DNA of 31,169 nt from Chloroflexota bacterium (GCA_039714055.1 JBDLKB010000001.1:1-31169), one strand, 5' to 3'; shown: positions 7,881 to 17,148, numbered from the stretch's first letter. Numbers and translations are program-made. Notes: generated by a model from the sequence alone, not told the origin.

Positions 7881-8864
7881 CTAGAACTCGAGTTCCTTAA
7901 TGAAACCAAAACTTCCGGTGATGCCGCCGGTGTGCCAGAACAACACAGTTTGATCCCGGCTAAAGCCTCCTGAGCGGATCAGATCGATCATGCCTGATGC
8001 GGCTTTGCCGGTATATACCGGATCCAGGATTATGCCCTCATAGCGGCCAAATAACTGCATTGCTTCACGTTCTTTGTCACCGATGACAGCGTATCCCCCA
8101 CCAACATAATTGTCGTTGGCAGCAATATCTCTGGGTTGGAACTGAAGATCGAGTCCAAGCAATTCAGTTGTAGAATTGCAGATTCCAGTTACTACCTCTG
8201 CTAGCTTTTGTCTTTCGAGGTGCACACTTATTCCTAATATCGCGGTATCAGAATCGGTTGCTTTGGCTCCAACAACAAGCCCGGCATGGGTGCCACCACT
8301 AGATGATGCGAACATAATTGAGTCGAAATTAATCTGTCGCTCATCCATCTGCTGCGCAAGCTCCTCCCACGCTGCTACATAACCCGCAGCCCCCATGGCA
8401 TTCGACCCGCCATAGGGGACCAGGTAGGGCCGTGCGCCTGAATGCCAGAGGTCCTTTGCAGTATCCTGCATCAACTTCTCCATGTCTCGCCCTGAAGCCC
8501 AGACTATTTCAGCACCCAAGATACGATCTAGCAGCAGGTTGCCAGTGACAGCACCCTCTGGAGGATCTGCATTGAGCACCAGCACCGCTTTGAGCCCGTA
8601 TTTGGCTGCTGCGGCAGCCGTCTGGCGACAATGATTGGACTGAATAGCTCCCCCTGTGATCAATGTGTCCGCTCTACCCCGCAGGGCTTCCGCCACCAGG
8701 TACTCAAGTTTGCGTGCTTTGTTGCCACCTGTGGCAAGCCCGGTCTGGTCGTCACGCTTAATGTAGATGCGGGGACCTCCCAGATGATCAGACAAGCGAT
8801 CAAGTGACTCTAGGGGTGTGGGGAGATGAGCAATCGGTACTCGATCAATTGAGTTGGTGAGCAT
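7881..8864 (-). CDS. dcyD: D-cysteine desulfhydrase family PLP enzyme
   Basis: Motifs PTPLE, KRDD and GGNKARKLEYL (PLP Lys), QSNH, SSSGGT. DPVYTGKA and HTGG carry Thr at the positions where true ACC deaminases have Glu and Leu. Confidence 0.85.
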   Translation of the reverse strand: MLTNSIDRVPIAHLPTPLESLDRLSDHLGGPRIYIKRDDQTGLATGGNKARKLEYLVAEALRGRADTLITGGAIQSNHCRQTAAAAAKYGLKAVLVLNADPPEGAVTGNLLLDRILGAEIVWASGRDMEKLMQDTAKDLWHSGARPYLVPYGGSNAMGAAGYVAAWEELAQQMDERQINFDSIMFASSSGGTHAGLVVGAKATDSDTAILGISVHLERQKLAEVVTGICNSTTELLGLDLQFQPRDIAANDNYVGGGYAVIGDKEREAMQLFGRYEGIILDPVYTGKAASGMIDLIRSGGFSRDQTVLFWHTGGITGSFGFIKELEF

Positions 8865-8908
8865 TTTAACCTCCGCTTCTACTAATCAAACCACAGCTTA
8901 TGCTGCTT

Positions 8909-10741
8909 TTATTTTCTTCGTTCAAACAGAACCAACACTGCAAACCAGGGAAGCACCAACATGCGGCGCCAACGCCACGGTTCGCGCATCAAACGATATA
9001 GCCACTCCAAGCCCACTCTTTGCATCCATTGTGGAGCACGCAATATGATACCGCTGATGAAATCAAAAGCTCCCCCAACTCCCATAGCCATTGAAACATC
9101 GAGCCGGTGCAGATTGCGAGCTATCCATTTATCTTGCTTTGGTGCACCATAAGCTACGAAAAGTATGTCAGCTTTGGATTGATTAATTCTTTCAACCAGA
9201 TCATCTTCTTCATCTTGAGAAGGGCTCCCGGCATAGGTGCCAGCGATCTCCAGGTCGGGATATCTTTGAATCAGTTCAGCAGCCGTTTTCTTGGCAACAC
9301 CAGGTGCCGCTCCCAGTAGATATATGCGCCATCCCTGGCGGGCGGCAGCTTCCGCAATCAGAGGTACCCCATCTGAACCGGTGATCCTTTCCGGTAGAGG
9401 TCTCCCTTTCCAGCGTGCTGCTGCCATCAATCCTATTCCATCCGCTACGGACAGAGTAGCCCGCTCTAAAATTAGGCGGAAAATGGAATCCTTGCGTGCT
9501 TCCATGATGAATTCTGGATTGGCTGTTGCAAGCTGCGCTTTCTGCCCGTTATCGATCCAGGATTGAATCTGATCCATCAACTCACTGTATGTCACCTTGT
9601 GGATGGGAACTCCCAACACACGCAAATGTGGGGTTGGAGGTTTGGCGATTTTGCGCTCTTGTACATCCTCCGGATATTTGCCTTCAAGAACATTCTCCGC
9701 CTCTTGAAGCACTCGTGACACTTGGATAGAGCGCATGCAGGTACGTTCGGGGCATCCAGCAGGAGAGCCCAAACCAAACTCGGTATATATGCAAGGACTG
9801 CACAGACTTCCTGCACGAATCACCCGCAAATTCGATTCTTGTACAAGTGGTTGCCAAGCCTGGTGATTGGAAGGCCCAAATATCGCCACAGTGGGAGTGT
9901 TCACTGTGGAAGCGACATGCAATACTCCAGAGTCAGCTCCGATCAGCAAGTCGCAACGAGATAGTACCGCTGCCAGTTGAGGCAATGTAGTCTTGTCCGT
10001 CAAGTTGATCACATTGCCATCGATTGCTTCCGCCAACTCGTTCCCTCCATCCATGGGCGCCCCAACAACTACGATCATTGCGCGGTAGGCTAATGCCCTC
10101 CCCAGCTCTACGAACTTGGTTAATTCCCAGCGGCGCGCCCTACTGTATGCTCCAGTGCCGGGGTGGATGGCGATCACAGGTAATTCGCCTGACGGAATCC
10201 ATTCGTCAGCTTGAGCATGGTCCTCATCCGAAACTGCGAGCAATGTTTGCGGAACGTCATCCGCTGCGGTAATGTTCTGACTCACTCCTGCTGCTGACAC
10301 CAAATCTAACCAATATTGACTCTCGTGCTTGACTCCAAATCCACCGTCGGGCACCTTGTGGGTCAGGAACCAGCCACGTCCGTTATCAAGCCCGATAGAC
10401 TTTTGTGCCCGAACACTCGACACCATCAACGCATGCTTCAAAGCCCCAGAGCGTAGTGAAAGATGATGAAACAGGATTACCGAGTCATATTTTCGAGAAC
10501 GAAGAATTAGTCCGGTTTTGATTGCTTGGAACCAGCGACTTGCAGTTGAATGAGTTGACGATTTTTCAACCGTAACGATTTCATCAAACAACGTTTGTGG
10601 GTATGCCTCTGCGGTTGAGGGAATGGTCAGTAGATCGATCTCGGCATTGGGGAACTGCTGACGCAGTGCTTTGATAGCTGGGGTCACCAGTATCAGGTCG
10701 CCGATGTCAGCTAGCTTGATTGCCAATATCTTGGAGGTCAC
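8909..10741 (-). CDS. Fusion protein: glycosyltransferase family 9 (heptosyltransferase-like) + WecB/TagA/CpsF (GT26) glycosyltransferase
   Basis: N-terminal ~350 aa carry IGDLILVTPAIKALR..FP.AEI, HPG, DSGVLHVA and CSPC...CPERTCM (GT9). C-terminal ~240 aa carry TANPEF, DGIG, YLLGA, GAPKQDKW, GVGGAFD and RAPQWMQRVGLEWLYRL..EP.RWRR (TagA/WecG). One continuous ORF; GTG start overlaps the upstream stop. Confidence 0.9.
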   Translation of the reverse strand: MTSKILAIKLADIGDLILVTPAIKALRQQFPNAEIDLLTIPSTAEAYPQTLFDEIVTVEKSSTHSTASRWFQAIKTGLILRSRKYDSVILFHHLSLRSGALKHALMVSSVRAQKSIGLDNGRGWFLTHKVPDGGFGVKHESQYWLDLVSAAGVSQNITAADDVPQTLLAVSDEDHAQADEWIPSGELPVIAIHPGTGAYSRARRWELTKFVELGRALAYRAMIVVVGAPMDGGNELAEAIDGNVINLTDKTTLPQLAAVLSRCDLLIGADSGVLHVASTVNTPTVAIFGPSNHQAWQPLVQESNLRVIRAGSLCSPCIYTEFGLGSPAGCPERTCMRSIQVSRVLQEAENVLEGKYPEDVQERKIAKPPTPHLRVLGVPIHKVTYSELMDQIQSWIDNGQKAQLATANPEFIMEARKDSIFRLILERATLSVADGIGLMAAARWKGRPLPERITGSDGVPLIAEAAARQGWRIYLLGAAPGVAKKTAAELIQRYPDLEIAGTYAGSPSQDEEDDLVERINQSKADILFVAYGAPKQDKWIARNLHRLDVSMAMGVGGAFDFISGIILRAPQWMQRVGLEWLYRLMREPWRWRRMLVLPWFAVLVLFERRK

Positions 10742-11826
10742 TTGTTTTCCTCAATGGCATTCAAGATGACTGCCGCACAATTCACCCACGAAAACCTCTG
10801 TAGATTCCGATATCCCTCGCCTATCAGTCGATTTCGTAGCTCATAGTTTTCGATCAACTGCAACAGTGAGTTCGATATCGCCTTGGTATCCAGGGGATCA
10901 ACCATAAGCGCGGCGCTGTTCGCCACCTCTGGCAAAGAGCTGCTATCGCTGCATACGACCGGGGTGCCGCATGCCATTGCTTCCAACACTGGAAAACCAA
11001 AACCCTCATAAAGCGACGGAAAGGCAAAGGCTATAGCTCCGGAAAGCAGAGCCGCTTTGTCTTCTTCAGGGATGTAGCCCAACAAGGCGATTTGACTCTG
11101 ATTGAAATCACTTACCCTAGCTTTGATTCCACTGGCTAGCCACCCTAATCCGCCGGCGAGAGCCAACTGAGGTTGTTGATCTATAGGCAGCATTTCCCAA
11201 GCATCAATAAGGCGAAGAATGTTCTTTCTTGGCTGAAGTGTGCCCAGGTAAAGAATATAGTCTTCTGCCAACCCGTATTTATCACGCGCTCTAGCGATCT
11301 CATCGTCTGTTGTTCTTGTCAGTGATTCGTCATAACCAGGATACGCTACAACTATCTTTGAATCCGGAACCCGGTAATCCAGTACCAAATCCTCGCGGGT
11401 TGCGTTTGAATCAGCAAAAACCACATCGGCTCGTGATATGCTTCGACGGGTCATTAAATCAAGATACATGCGATCGGTCAGCCGGTGAGCTTCGGGAAAG
11501 TGCCGGAATCCAAGGTCGTGTACCGTGACTGCGGCTTTGCCCGAAAACAGCAAAGGCAGAATGTGCGATGGAACAAAGAGCCAATCCACTGGATTGCGTG
11601 ACAGCTCACGCGCTAAACGATAATGAGTCCACAACCGTCGAGAGGGCAACTCTCGATGTTCAGCAGTTGATGCGGGAAACATCTCTTTCGGTGGATGCTG
11701 GTTAAAGAACAAGCGTACATGATGTGTTGTCTGTGCCAGCATCGCTCGAATGAGATGGAGGGAATAGGCTTCAGTGCCGGTTCGACGATCAAGTGCAGCG
11801 CGGCTGGCATCAACTCCTAGCAGCAT
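10738..11826 (-). CDS. Glycosyltransferase family 4 (GT-B retaining)
   Basis: TVHDL, LGTLQPRKN and the signature FPSLYEGFGFPVLEAMACGTPVV. Confidence 0.93.
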   Translation of the reverse strand: MLLGVDASRAALDRRTGTEAYSLHLIRAMLAQTTHHVRLFFNQHPPKEMFPASTAEHRELPSRRLWTHYRLARELSRNPVDWLFVPSHILPLLFSGKAAVTVHDLGFRHFPEAHRLTDRMYLDLMTRRSISRADVVFADSNATREDLVLDYRVPDSKIVVAYPGYDESLTRTTDDEIARARDKYGLAEDYILYLGTLQPRKNILRLIDAWEMLPIDQQPQLALAGGLGWLASGIKARVSDFNQSQIALLGYIPEEDKAALLSGAIAFAFPSLYEGFGFPVLEAMACGTPVVCSDSSSLPEVANSAALMVDPLDTKAISNSLLQLIENYELRNRLIGEGYRNLQRFSWVNCAAVILNAIEENK

Positions 11827-12470
11827 CTAATCAACCTCACACAGCCGAAAATGTCATCTCTGCTTATCGGTCCTTTACGCAGAATGCGCGGTTGTTCTCC
11901 AGTACAATCAACGATGGTCGAAGGAACACCTCCCGGCGCTAATCCGCCGTCGAGAAGCAGATCAATTCGACCCTCCAAGCCAGCCATTACCTTGTTAGGA
12001 TCGATAATAGGAGGATGACCAGAAAGGTTAGCCGAGGTTACAGCTAGAGGTGCTCCAACCCTGTCTATGAGAGCTAGGGTAAGGGGATGATCAGGAATGC
12101 GCAGTGCAACCGTGGGCGTGGCGCTGACCACCTGTGAAACTTGATCAGATTTGCGCACCACCAGAGTTAACGGACCAGGCCAAAAACATTTCGCCAGCCT
12201 ATATGCTAACTCGTTTGCCTTGCATACTAACTCGAGCTGTTCGATAGATGCCAAGAGCAGTGGAATCGCTTTCTCATCCGGTCGTTCTTTTGCCTGATAC
12301 AGACGTTGAACTGCCTGGTCATCTGAAAAAAGCGCAGCTATACCGTACACTGTGTCTGTGGGTAGGCTTACTAGCCCACCCGCCTGCAATACTGAGCTTG
12401 CCTCTTCCAATGAGCAATCATCATTTGGACCTTTGGCTACCAGCACTCTTGTCTTTGTGTCATGCATCAT
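11817..12470 (-). CDS. tsaC: L-threonylcarbamoyladenylate synthase (YrdC-only, no Sua5 C-terminal domain)
   Basis: Motifs PTDTVYG, KERP, FWPGPLT, LRIPDHP, TSANLSG and STIVD. Confidence 0.92.
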   Translation of the reverse strand: MMHDTKTRVLVAKGPNDDCSLEEASSVLQAGGLVSLPTDTVYGIAALFSDDQAVQRLYQAKERPDEKAIPLLLASIEQLELVCKANELAYRLAKCFWPGPLTLVVRKSDQVSQVVSATPTVALRIPDHPLTLALIDRVGAPLAVTSANLSGHPPIIDPNKVMAGLEGRIDLLLDGGLAPGGVPSTIVDCTGEQPRILRKGPISRDDIFGCVRLIRCC

Positions 12471-13291
12471 GATTCCAGAATGAATTTCTCAATCGCTTTG
12501 GCTACTCCGTGCTGTTGAAAGGCCGGTGCAATCCAATCGGCGCTGGCTTTCGTCTTCTCACGTGCATCGCCCATGGCAACCCCAATACCAGCCCACGAGA
12601 TCATGCTTATATCGTTTTCAGAATCACCCACCGCCATGGTTTGCTCTCGATCAATGCCAAGTTTCGCTGCAACATAACTTAGCGAGTCTCCCTTTGAAAC
12701 ACCATTGGCAACGATGTTCACGAACTTGACATGGGTCTGAAACACTGTTGCCTTTGAACCAAGTTCGTCTATCAATATTTCCGCTGCTCCCTCACCTGGC
12801 GTATGACCAAAGAACAAACCTATCTGATGCGCTCCACGAACTGATGCCAGATCATCAACATCAATGATTTCCAGGTTTTGTATCTGAATTAGGTTGGGGT
12901 CGTAAACACGCCCGTTCTCAATAAAGAGGGCACCATTGCGTTCGACATATACCTGCCAATCCTCGGCGGTGGCAAGATCACGTACTATGGCAATTGCCTC
13001 GCGAGGGATGGTACATTCCCGAATCAAATCACCGTTCATGGTCTTGATCTCGGCACCTTGGTAGCCAATCAGGGGAGCTGACAGACCAAGCTGTTTCGCG
13101 ATTGGTAAACTGAACTGGTACGGTCGCCCCGTAGCAATGCCCACAGTCACACCCAGATCGATTGCCTGGCGTACTGCACTTTCCACTACTGGGTGAATGC
13201 AGTGGTCCTTTACATCTATTAGTGTTCCATCCAGGTCCAGCGCTAGCAATTTGACAGGCGATGTTTGCGCTCTCACTGATTGTTTACTCAT
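12467..13291 (-). CDS. Cof-type HAD-IIB hydrolase
   Basis: Motifs DLDGTL (I), ATGR (II), GVSKG (III) and GDSENDISM (IV). Start set to ATG 13291 from promoter geometry; the ORF track gives TTG 13327. Confidence 0.9.
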   Translation of the reverse strand: MSKQSVRAQTSPVKLLALDLDGTLIDVKDHCIHPVVESAVRQAIDLGVTVGIATGRPYQFSLPIAKQLGLSAPLIGYQGAEIKTMNGDLIRECTIPREAIAIVRDLATAEDWQVYVERNGALFIENGRVYDPNLIQIQNLEIIDVDDLASVRGAHQIGLFFGHTPGEGAAEILIDELGSKATVFQTHVKFVNIVANGVSKGDSLSYVAAKLGIDREQTMAVGDSENDISMISWAGIGVAMGDAREKTKASADWIAPAFQQHGVAKAIEKFILES

Positions 13292-13298
13292 GGAGGCG

Positions 13299-13327
13299 AT
13301 TGTTACAGATTGTGAGAGCAATGACAA
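13299..13327 (-). promoter_or_regulatory. Candidate sigma70 promoter of the HAD-tsaC-GT operon (leaderless geometry)
   Basis: Minus strand reads TTGTCA-17 nt-AACAAT-7 nt-ATG(13291). No SD. The -10 is a weak match (first base not T). Confidence 0.4.
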
Positions 13328-13400
13328 GTAAGGTATAGATACGTCAATGAAAGCAAGGATGGTAAGAATGACACGTTACCTTGTGTCTGCACTATCGCTG

Positions 13401-13409
13401 TGTTAGTAT
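13401..13409 (+). promoter_or_regulatory. Extended -10 (TG-T-TAGTAT) for the PIG-L/CysQ pair
   Basis: Matches TGnTAnnnT. AGGA SD precedes ATG 13433. Confidence 0.45.
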
Positions 13410-13432
13410 CGTTGAGTTTTACAGGAACTAGA

Positions 13433-14305
13433 ATGAATAAGCAGGTATTGTTAGCAATCTTTGCTCACCCGGATGACGAGTCCTTTGGACCAGGCGGCAC
13501 ACTAGCAAAACACGCCGACCAAGGATATGAGGTGCACATCTGTACCCTCACCGACGGAGCTGCGGGAACTGCAGACCCCGATTGTTGGGATTGTTTGAAC
13601 GGTTACGAAACCCTGGCTGAACGGCGCATTGAAGAACTTGAATGCGCAGTGAGAACACTTGGCGCGAGACTCCACTTTTTGGGTTACCGCGATTCAGGTA
13701 TGAAAGGTGATGAGGCAAACGGGCATCCGGATGCCTTTATAAACCAACCTGAAGAACAAGTGACAGAGCAGTTAACTCGTCTTATCCGGCTGCTGAGACC
13801 TTCAATCATCATCACACACGACGATACCGGAGGATACTTTCACCCGGATCACATTGCAGTACATCATGCGGCTATGAGAGCCATAAAAGCCTCAGCAGAT
13901 CAATCTCGTTTCACCACTCAGCTAGATCAAGGCTTGGACACCTATGATCCACCTCTGGTCTATGGCACAGTGATTCCCCGTCGTCATATCCGCACTGTAG
14001 TCTGGATGACAAAGCTGACAGGTCAGGACCCGACACGATTCGGCCGCAATCAAGATATAGACCTCACAAAGATCGGCAAACCAGATAAATTGATCCACGC
14101 CCGAATTCATGTGCGCGATTATCTTGGGACCAAGTATCAAGCTAGCCGGTGTCATGGATCGCAAGGTGGCGGAATTGGGTCGACAAACAACAAAATGTCG
14201 TTGACAGAGCGGTTCATGTTCTTCCTGCGAAAAAGATCAGCCAACTGGGAATCATTTCAGCAGTTGCGCCCAACACCTAAAGCTGGCATCAAATCAAACC
14301 TATAA
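13433..14305 (+). CDS. PIG-L/LmbE family Zn-dependent N-acetylglucosaminyl deacetylase (MshB/Mca/BshB-like)
   Basis: Motifs AHPDDE, R..EL.CA, LGYRDSGM, G.Y.HPDH and H.SQ. Start set to ATG 13433 (SD AGGA). Confidence 0.9.
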   Translation: MNKQVLLAIFAHPDDESFGPGGTLAKHADQGYEVHICTLTDGAAGTADPDCWDCLNGYETLAERRIEELECAVRTLGARLHFLGYRDSGMKGDEANGHPDAFINQPEEQVTEQLTRLIRLLRPSIIITHDDTGGYFHPDHIAVHHAAMRAIKASADQSRFTTQLDQGLDTYDPPLVYGTVIPRRHIRTVVWMTKLTGQDPTRFGRNQDIDLTKIGKPDKLIHARIHVRDYLGTKYQASRCHGSQGGGIGSTNNKMSLTERFMFFLRKRSANWESFQQLRPTPKAGIKSNL

Positions 14306-15108
14306 TGAAAATGAAATCACTTGATTCTCAATCCATCCAAGAGCTGCTAACACTAGCAGAGAACGCCACCCAGCGTGCGGGTGAGGTTATTTGTTCTTAT
14401 TACCGGTCAGCATATCAATCATGGGACAAGAGGCCGGACAATCCGGTAACCACAGCAGACATGGAAGCTGATCAGCTGCTTCGTGAAACTCTGACAAGCG
14501 CCACCCCCGACTTTGGATGGCTGTCAGAAGAGACACGGGACACCCCGGAGCGGTTAGGTCGCCGGTTCACTTGGGTTGTGGACCCTCTCGATGGAACCAA
14601 GGAATTTATCCAGGGTTTGGATCAATTTGCGGTGAGTGTTGCATTGGTCGATAACGGTCAACCTCTACTGGGAGTAGTATATAACCCGGCTACAAAAGAG
14701 ATGTTTACCTCTTCAATCGAACAAGGGGTTCAACTTAATGGACATGCGGCACAAGCTTTTAGCTCTCGTCAAGATCCAAATGGAGCATCGGTGCTGGCAA
14801 GCAACACTGAAATTCAGCGTGGTATGTGGGAGCCCTATACTGACAAGTTCAAAGTAGTGGAGGTCGGCAGCGCAGCATACAAGTTGGCACGGGTCGCTGC
14901 AGGTATGGGGGATGCCTACATTAGTCTGAATCCCAAAAATGAATGGGATATTTGCGCTGGCACTGCTCTGGTTCTATCTGCAGGAGGAACTGTCACCGAC
15001 CTGTCAGGCGCTCCCTTGCGCTTCAATCAAGAGCGCACTCTGGTGCAAGGGTTGGTTGCGGCAAACAGCACTCTGCATCGGGGAATTGTCGATCTGATTG
15101 TCAGTTGA
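14305..15108 (+). CDS. Inositol monophosphatase superfamily, CysQ-like 3'(2'),5'-bisphosphate nucleotidase
   Basis: Motifs PVTTAD, SEE, WVVDPLDGTKEF, GSAAYK and EWDICAG. TAATG overlap with the upstream gene. Confidence 0.88.
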   Translation: MKMKSLDSQSIQELLTLAENATQRAGEVICSYYRSAYQSWDKRPDNPVTTADMEADQLLRETLTSATPDFGWLSEETRDTPERLGRRFTWVVDPLDGTKEFIQGLDQFAVSVALVDNGQPLLGVVYNPATKEMFTSSIEQGVQLNGHAAQAFSSRQDPNGASVLASNTEIQRGMWEPYTDKFKVVEVGSAAYKLARVAAGMGDAYISLNPKNEWDICAGTALVLSAGGTVTDLSGAPLRFNQERTLVQGLVAANSTLHRGIVDLIVS

Positions 15109-15177
15109 CTTTTACAGATCGCGTTTGGAAATCACGCGGAGCGCAACTGCGGCTAGAGCCACGATATTAAGTAGTTT

Positions 15178-15978
15178 CTAACCACCTTGAGAATGCGTTT
15201 TCAACGGTCCGATCCACTCGGTAGCCAGCCGCTCTAGTGCACCATCCTCTCGCATGGCAACCAAAGCAGAATTCACCGCTGTGAGCAACGCCTGATCGTT
15301 GCGCCGGGCAACAATCGAGAACGGTTCGGCTGTCACCATCTCTTCCATACGTAATTCCACTCCAGATTCTTTTGAGAGTGAACGCAGAGAAACAGTGTCT
15401 ATCAATGCAGTATCGCACTCGAGGCTAACAACCGTGTTCAGTGCCTGCTCTGGCGTAGTATGAGCAACCACCGTAATCCCTTCACTGCGCCGCTGCAAGC
15501 GGCGAGCTAACACCTCTGCTTCTGTAGCATACTCAACTGCGACGCAAGTGTTCTTGAGTCGGTCCCATTCTAACTTGTCGCTACTCAACCCAGACACCAA
15601 GGCCAAGCCAGCGTCGTAGTAGCCAATGCCATATGCTGCCTGATCCATACGTGATGGTTCCACCACCAAGGCAGAAAGTAACAGATCAACTTGCCCCAAT
15701 TCCAGCGCGTCGTACAGACCGTCAAAACCGATGACATGGAATGATGCATCCACTCCTATGCGCCCGGCAATCATCTGCCCCAACTCAATGTCGAATCCAA
15801 TCAACTCCCCTTCTGGAGTAAGCATCTCAAAAGGAGGAAAGCTTGGATCCAAGCCAAATTTGATCTCCTTTCGACTTCTGATGTCTTGCAGTGACCTGTC
15901 GGATGAGCACGACCCTAGCAAACTTGTAAGCAACATACCTGCAATCAGGTAGTTGATGATTGATCTGAGTCGACTCAT
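15178..15978 (-). CDS. Amino-acid ABC transporter substrate-binding lipoprotein (SBP family 3)
   Basis: Lipobox LLGSC, FPPFE, GFDIEL and two-lobe PBP2 pattern. No permease or ATPase gene nearby. Confidence 0.88.
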   Translation of the reverse strand: MSRLRSIINYLIAGMLLTSLLGSCSSDRSLQDIRSRKEIKFGLDPSFPPFEMLTPEGELIGFDIELGQMIAGRIGVDASFHVIGFDGLYDALELGQVDLLLSALVVEPSRMDQAAYGIGYYDAGLALVSGLSSDKLEWDRLKNTCVAVEYATEAEVLARRLQRRSEGITVVAHTTPEQALNTVVSLECDTALIDTVSLRSLSKESGVELRMEEMVTAEPFSIVARRNDQALLTAVNSALVAMREDGALERLATEWIGPLKTHSQGG

Positions 15979-17090
15979 GGCTGAGTGTACTCCTGCAAGG
16001 ATTGATAGATCATCTTGGGCGAAAAATCCGGGGTCACCAATGCGAAATAATCAGCGTAACTGCGCTGTGGCGCAGGGAAACGGAATGCCCAGATGGCTAC
16101 AGATTTCACCCAGGGCCAATGCGTCTCCGCATACGCAAGAGCATCCAATGTGTACTGCACACGCTGACCGGGGCGTACTGCCTTTGACCAACGTGGGTGA
16201 TCATTCCAGCCAGATTCAGTGATATAGACCGGCTTGTGTGCATCTCCATACTGCAGCATGATGTCGTGCAGCAGTTCTACCCGGCGAAAGTTGATCACCT
16301 CGGCTGATGGTGGCTCTTTTGGGGGAAATGCCCATCCATATGCATGTACCGCAAGAGCGTCAAAATAGGCAGAAGCTCCCTCCTCATACATTCTTTCCAG
16401 GAAAACCAGATCATTCATACCGGCGTTGCTGTCTTCAGGTTCCAAGGTTGGCGCTAGCGCCCCGCCCAGCACAGTTATTTTCGGATTTGCCCCCTTGGCA
16501 GCTTGGTAGCTTTTGGCTAGCAATCTCGAGTACTTGAACGGATCCGGCTTTTCCATGCCCCACTCAAAAGCTAGATTAGGTTCATTCCAGATAATTATCT
16601 TGTTCACCTTGCCTTGGTACTGCTCTACAAATGCAGACACGTAGAGCGCAAAGTCGTCGAAATGTTCCTCATCTAGCCAATTCCAGGTGGTCGCCTGTAT
16701 CTCAGGATCGGGTCTCGCCCATGCAGGCACTGTGCCCAATCGAGCGATCACATCGATCCCTTGAGACACCGCATGATCGATAACGAGATCAGAGTGAGAC
16801 CAATCGAATTCTCCGCCCTTCTCTGATTGTACATATGCCCAAGGAAAGAACTCTACGATGGTCGGAGCCCCCATCTCTCGCACCATTTGCAGTGTCTTTT
16901 GTATCTTCCACTCCTCAACTTCGTCAGTGAGCCGCGTGTGTACTCCAACGATCGGATGAGTCGTAAGTACCGTCTTGGGAGAACCAATTATCACCAATGG
17001 TCTCGGGGGAGAAAGACGGAATAGGAGAAAGGCAATCATGAAAGCAAATGACAGTCTGATTATCCATCGTAATGGTGAATGTTTTTCCAT
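15975..17090 (-). CDS. Membrane-anchored clan GH-A glycoside hydrolase (GH5/GH39/GH42-like)
   Basis: N-terminal hydrophobic anchor, FPWAYV, acid/base WNEPN, AVHAY and nucleophile YITESGW. Start set to ATG 17090; the track gives GTG 17108. Confidence 0.8.
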   Translation of the reverse strand: MEKHSPLRWIIRLSFAFMIAFLLFRLSPPRPLVIIGSPKTVLTTHPIVGVHTRLTDEVEEWKIQKTLQMVREMGAPTIVEFFPWAYVQSEKGGEFDWSHSDLVIDHAVSQGIDVIARLGTVPAWARPDPEIQATTWNWLDEEHFDDFALYVSAFVEQYQGKVNKIIIWNEPNLAFEWGMEKPDPFKYSRLLAKSYQAAKGANPKITVLGGALAPTLEPEDSNAGMNDLVFLERMYEEGASAYFDALAVHAYGWAFPPKEPPSAEVINFRRVELLHDIMLQYGDAHKPVYITESGWNDHPRWSKAVRPGQRVQYTLDALAYAETHWPWVKSVAIWAFRFPAPQRSYADYFALVTPDFSPKMIYQSLQEYTQP

Positions 17091-17148
17091 TTTCGTAACA
17101 CGCCGCACAAGACCTGTGTATTTCTATTGTATCGGAATCGATCAAGGC

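Noticed and set aside
7881-8864. ACC deaminase annotation
   Set aside because: The diagnostic Glu and Leu of ACC deaminases are replaced by Thr (DPVYTGK, HTGG), as in D-cysteine desulfhydrases.
10738-15108. Complete mycothiol biosynthesis cluster (GT4 as MshA)
   Set aside because: The GT4 resembles generic surface-polysaccharide GT4s rather than MshA, and no MshC or MshD is present. Only the weaker PIG-L/IMPase observation is kept.
15120-15138. Hairpin CGCGT-N9-ACGCG between the convergent cysQ-like and SBP genes
   Set aside because: A 5-bp stem with a long loop and no adjacent U-tract is too weak to call a terminator.
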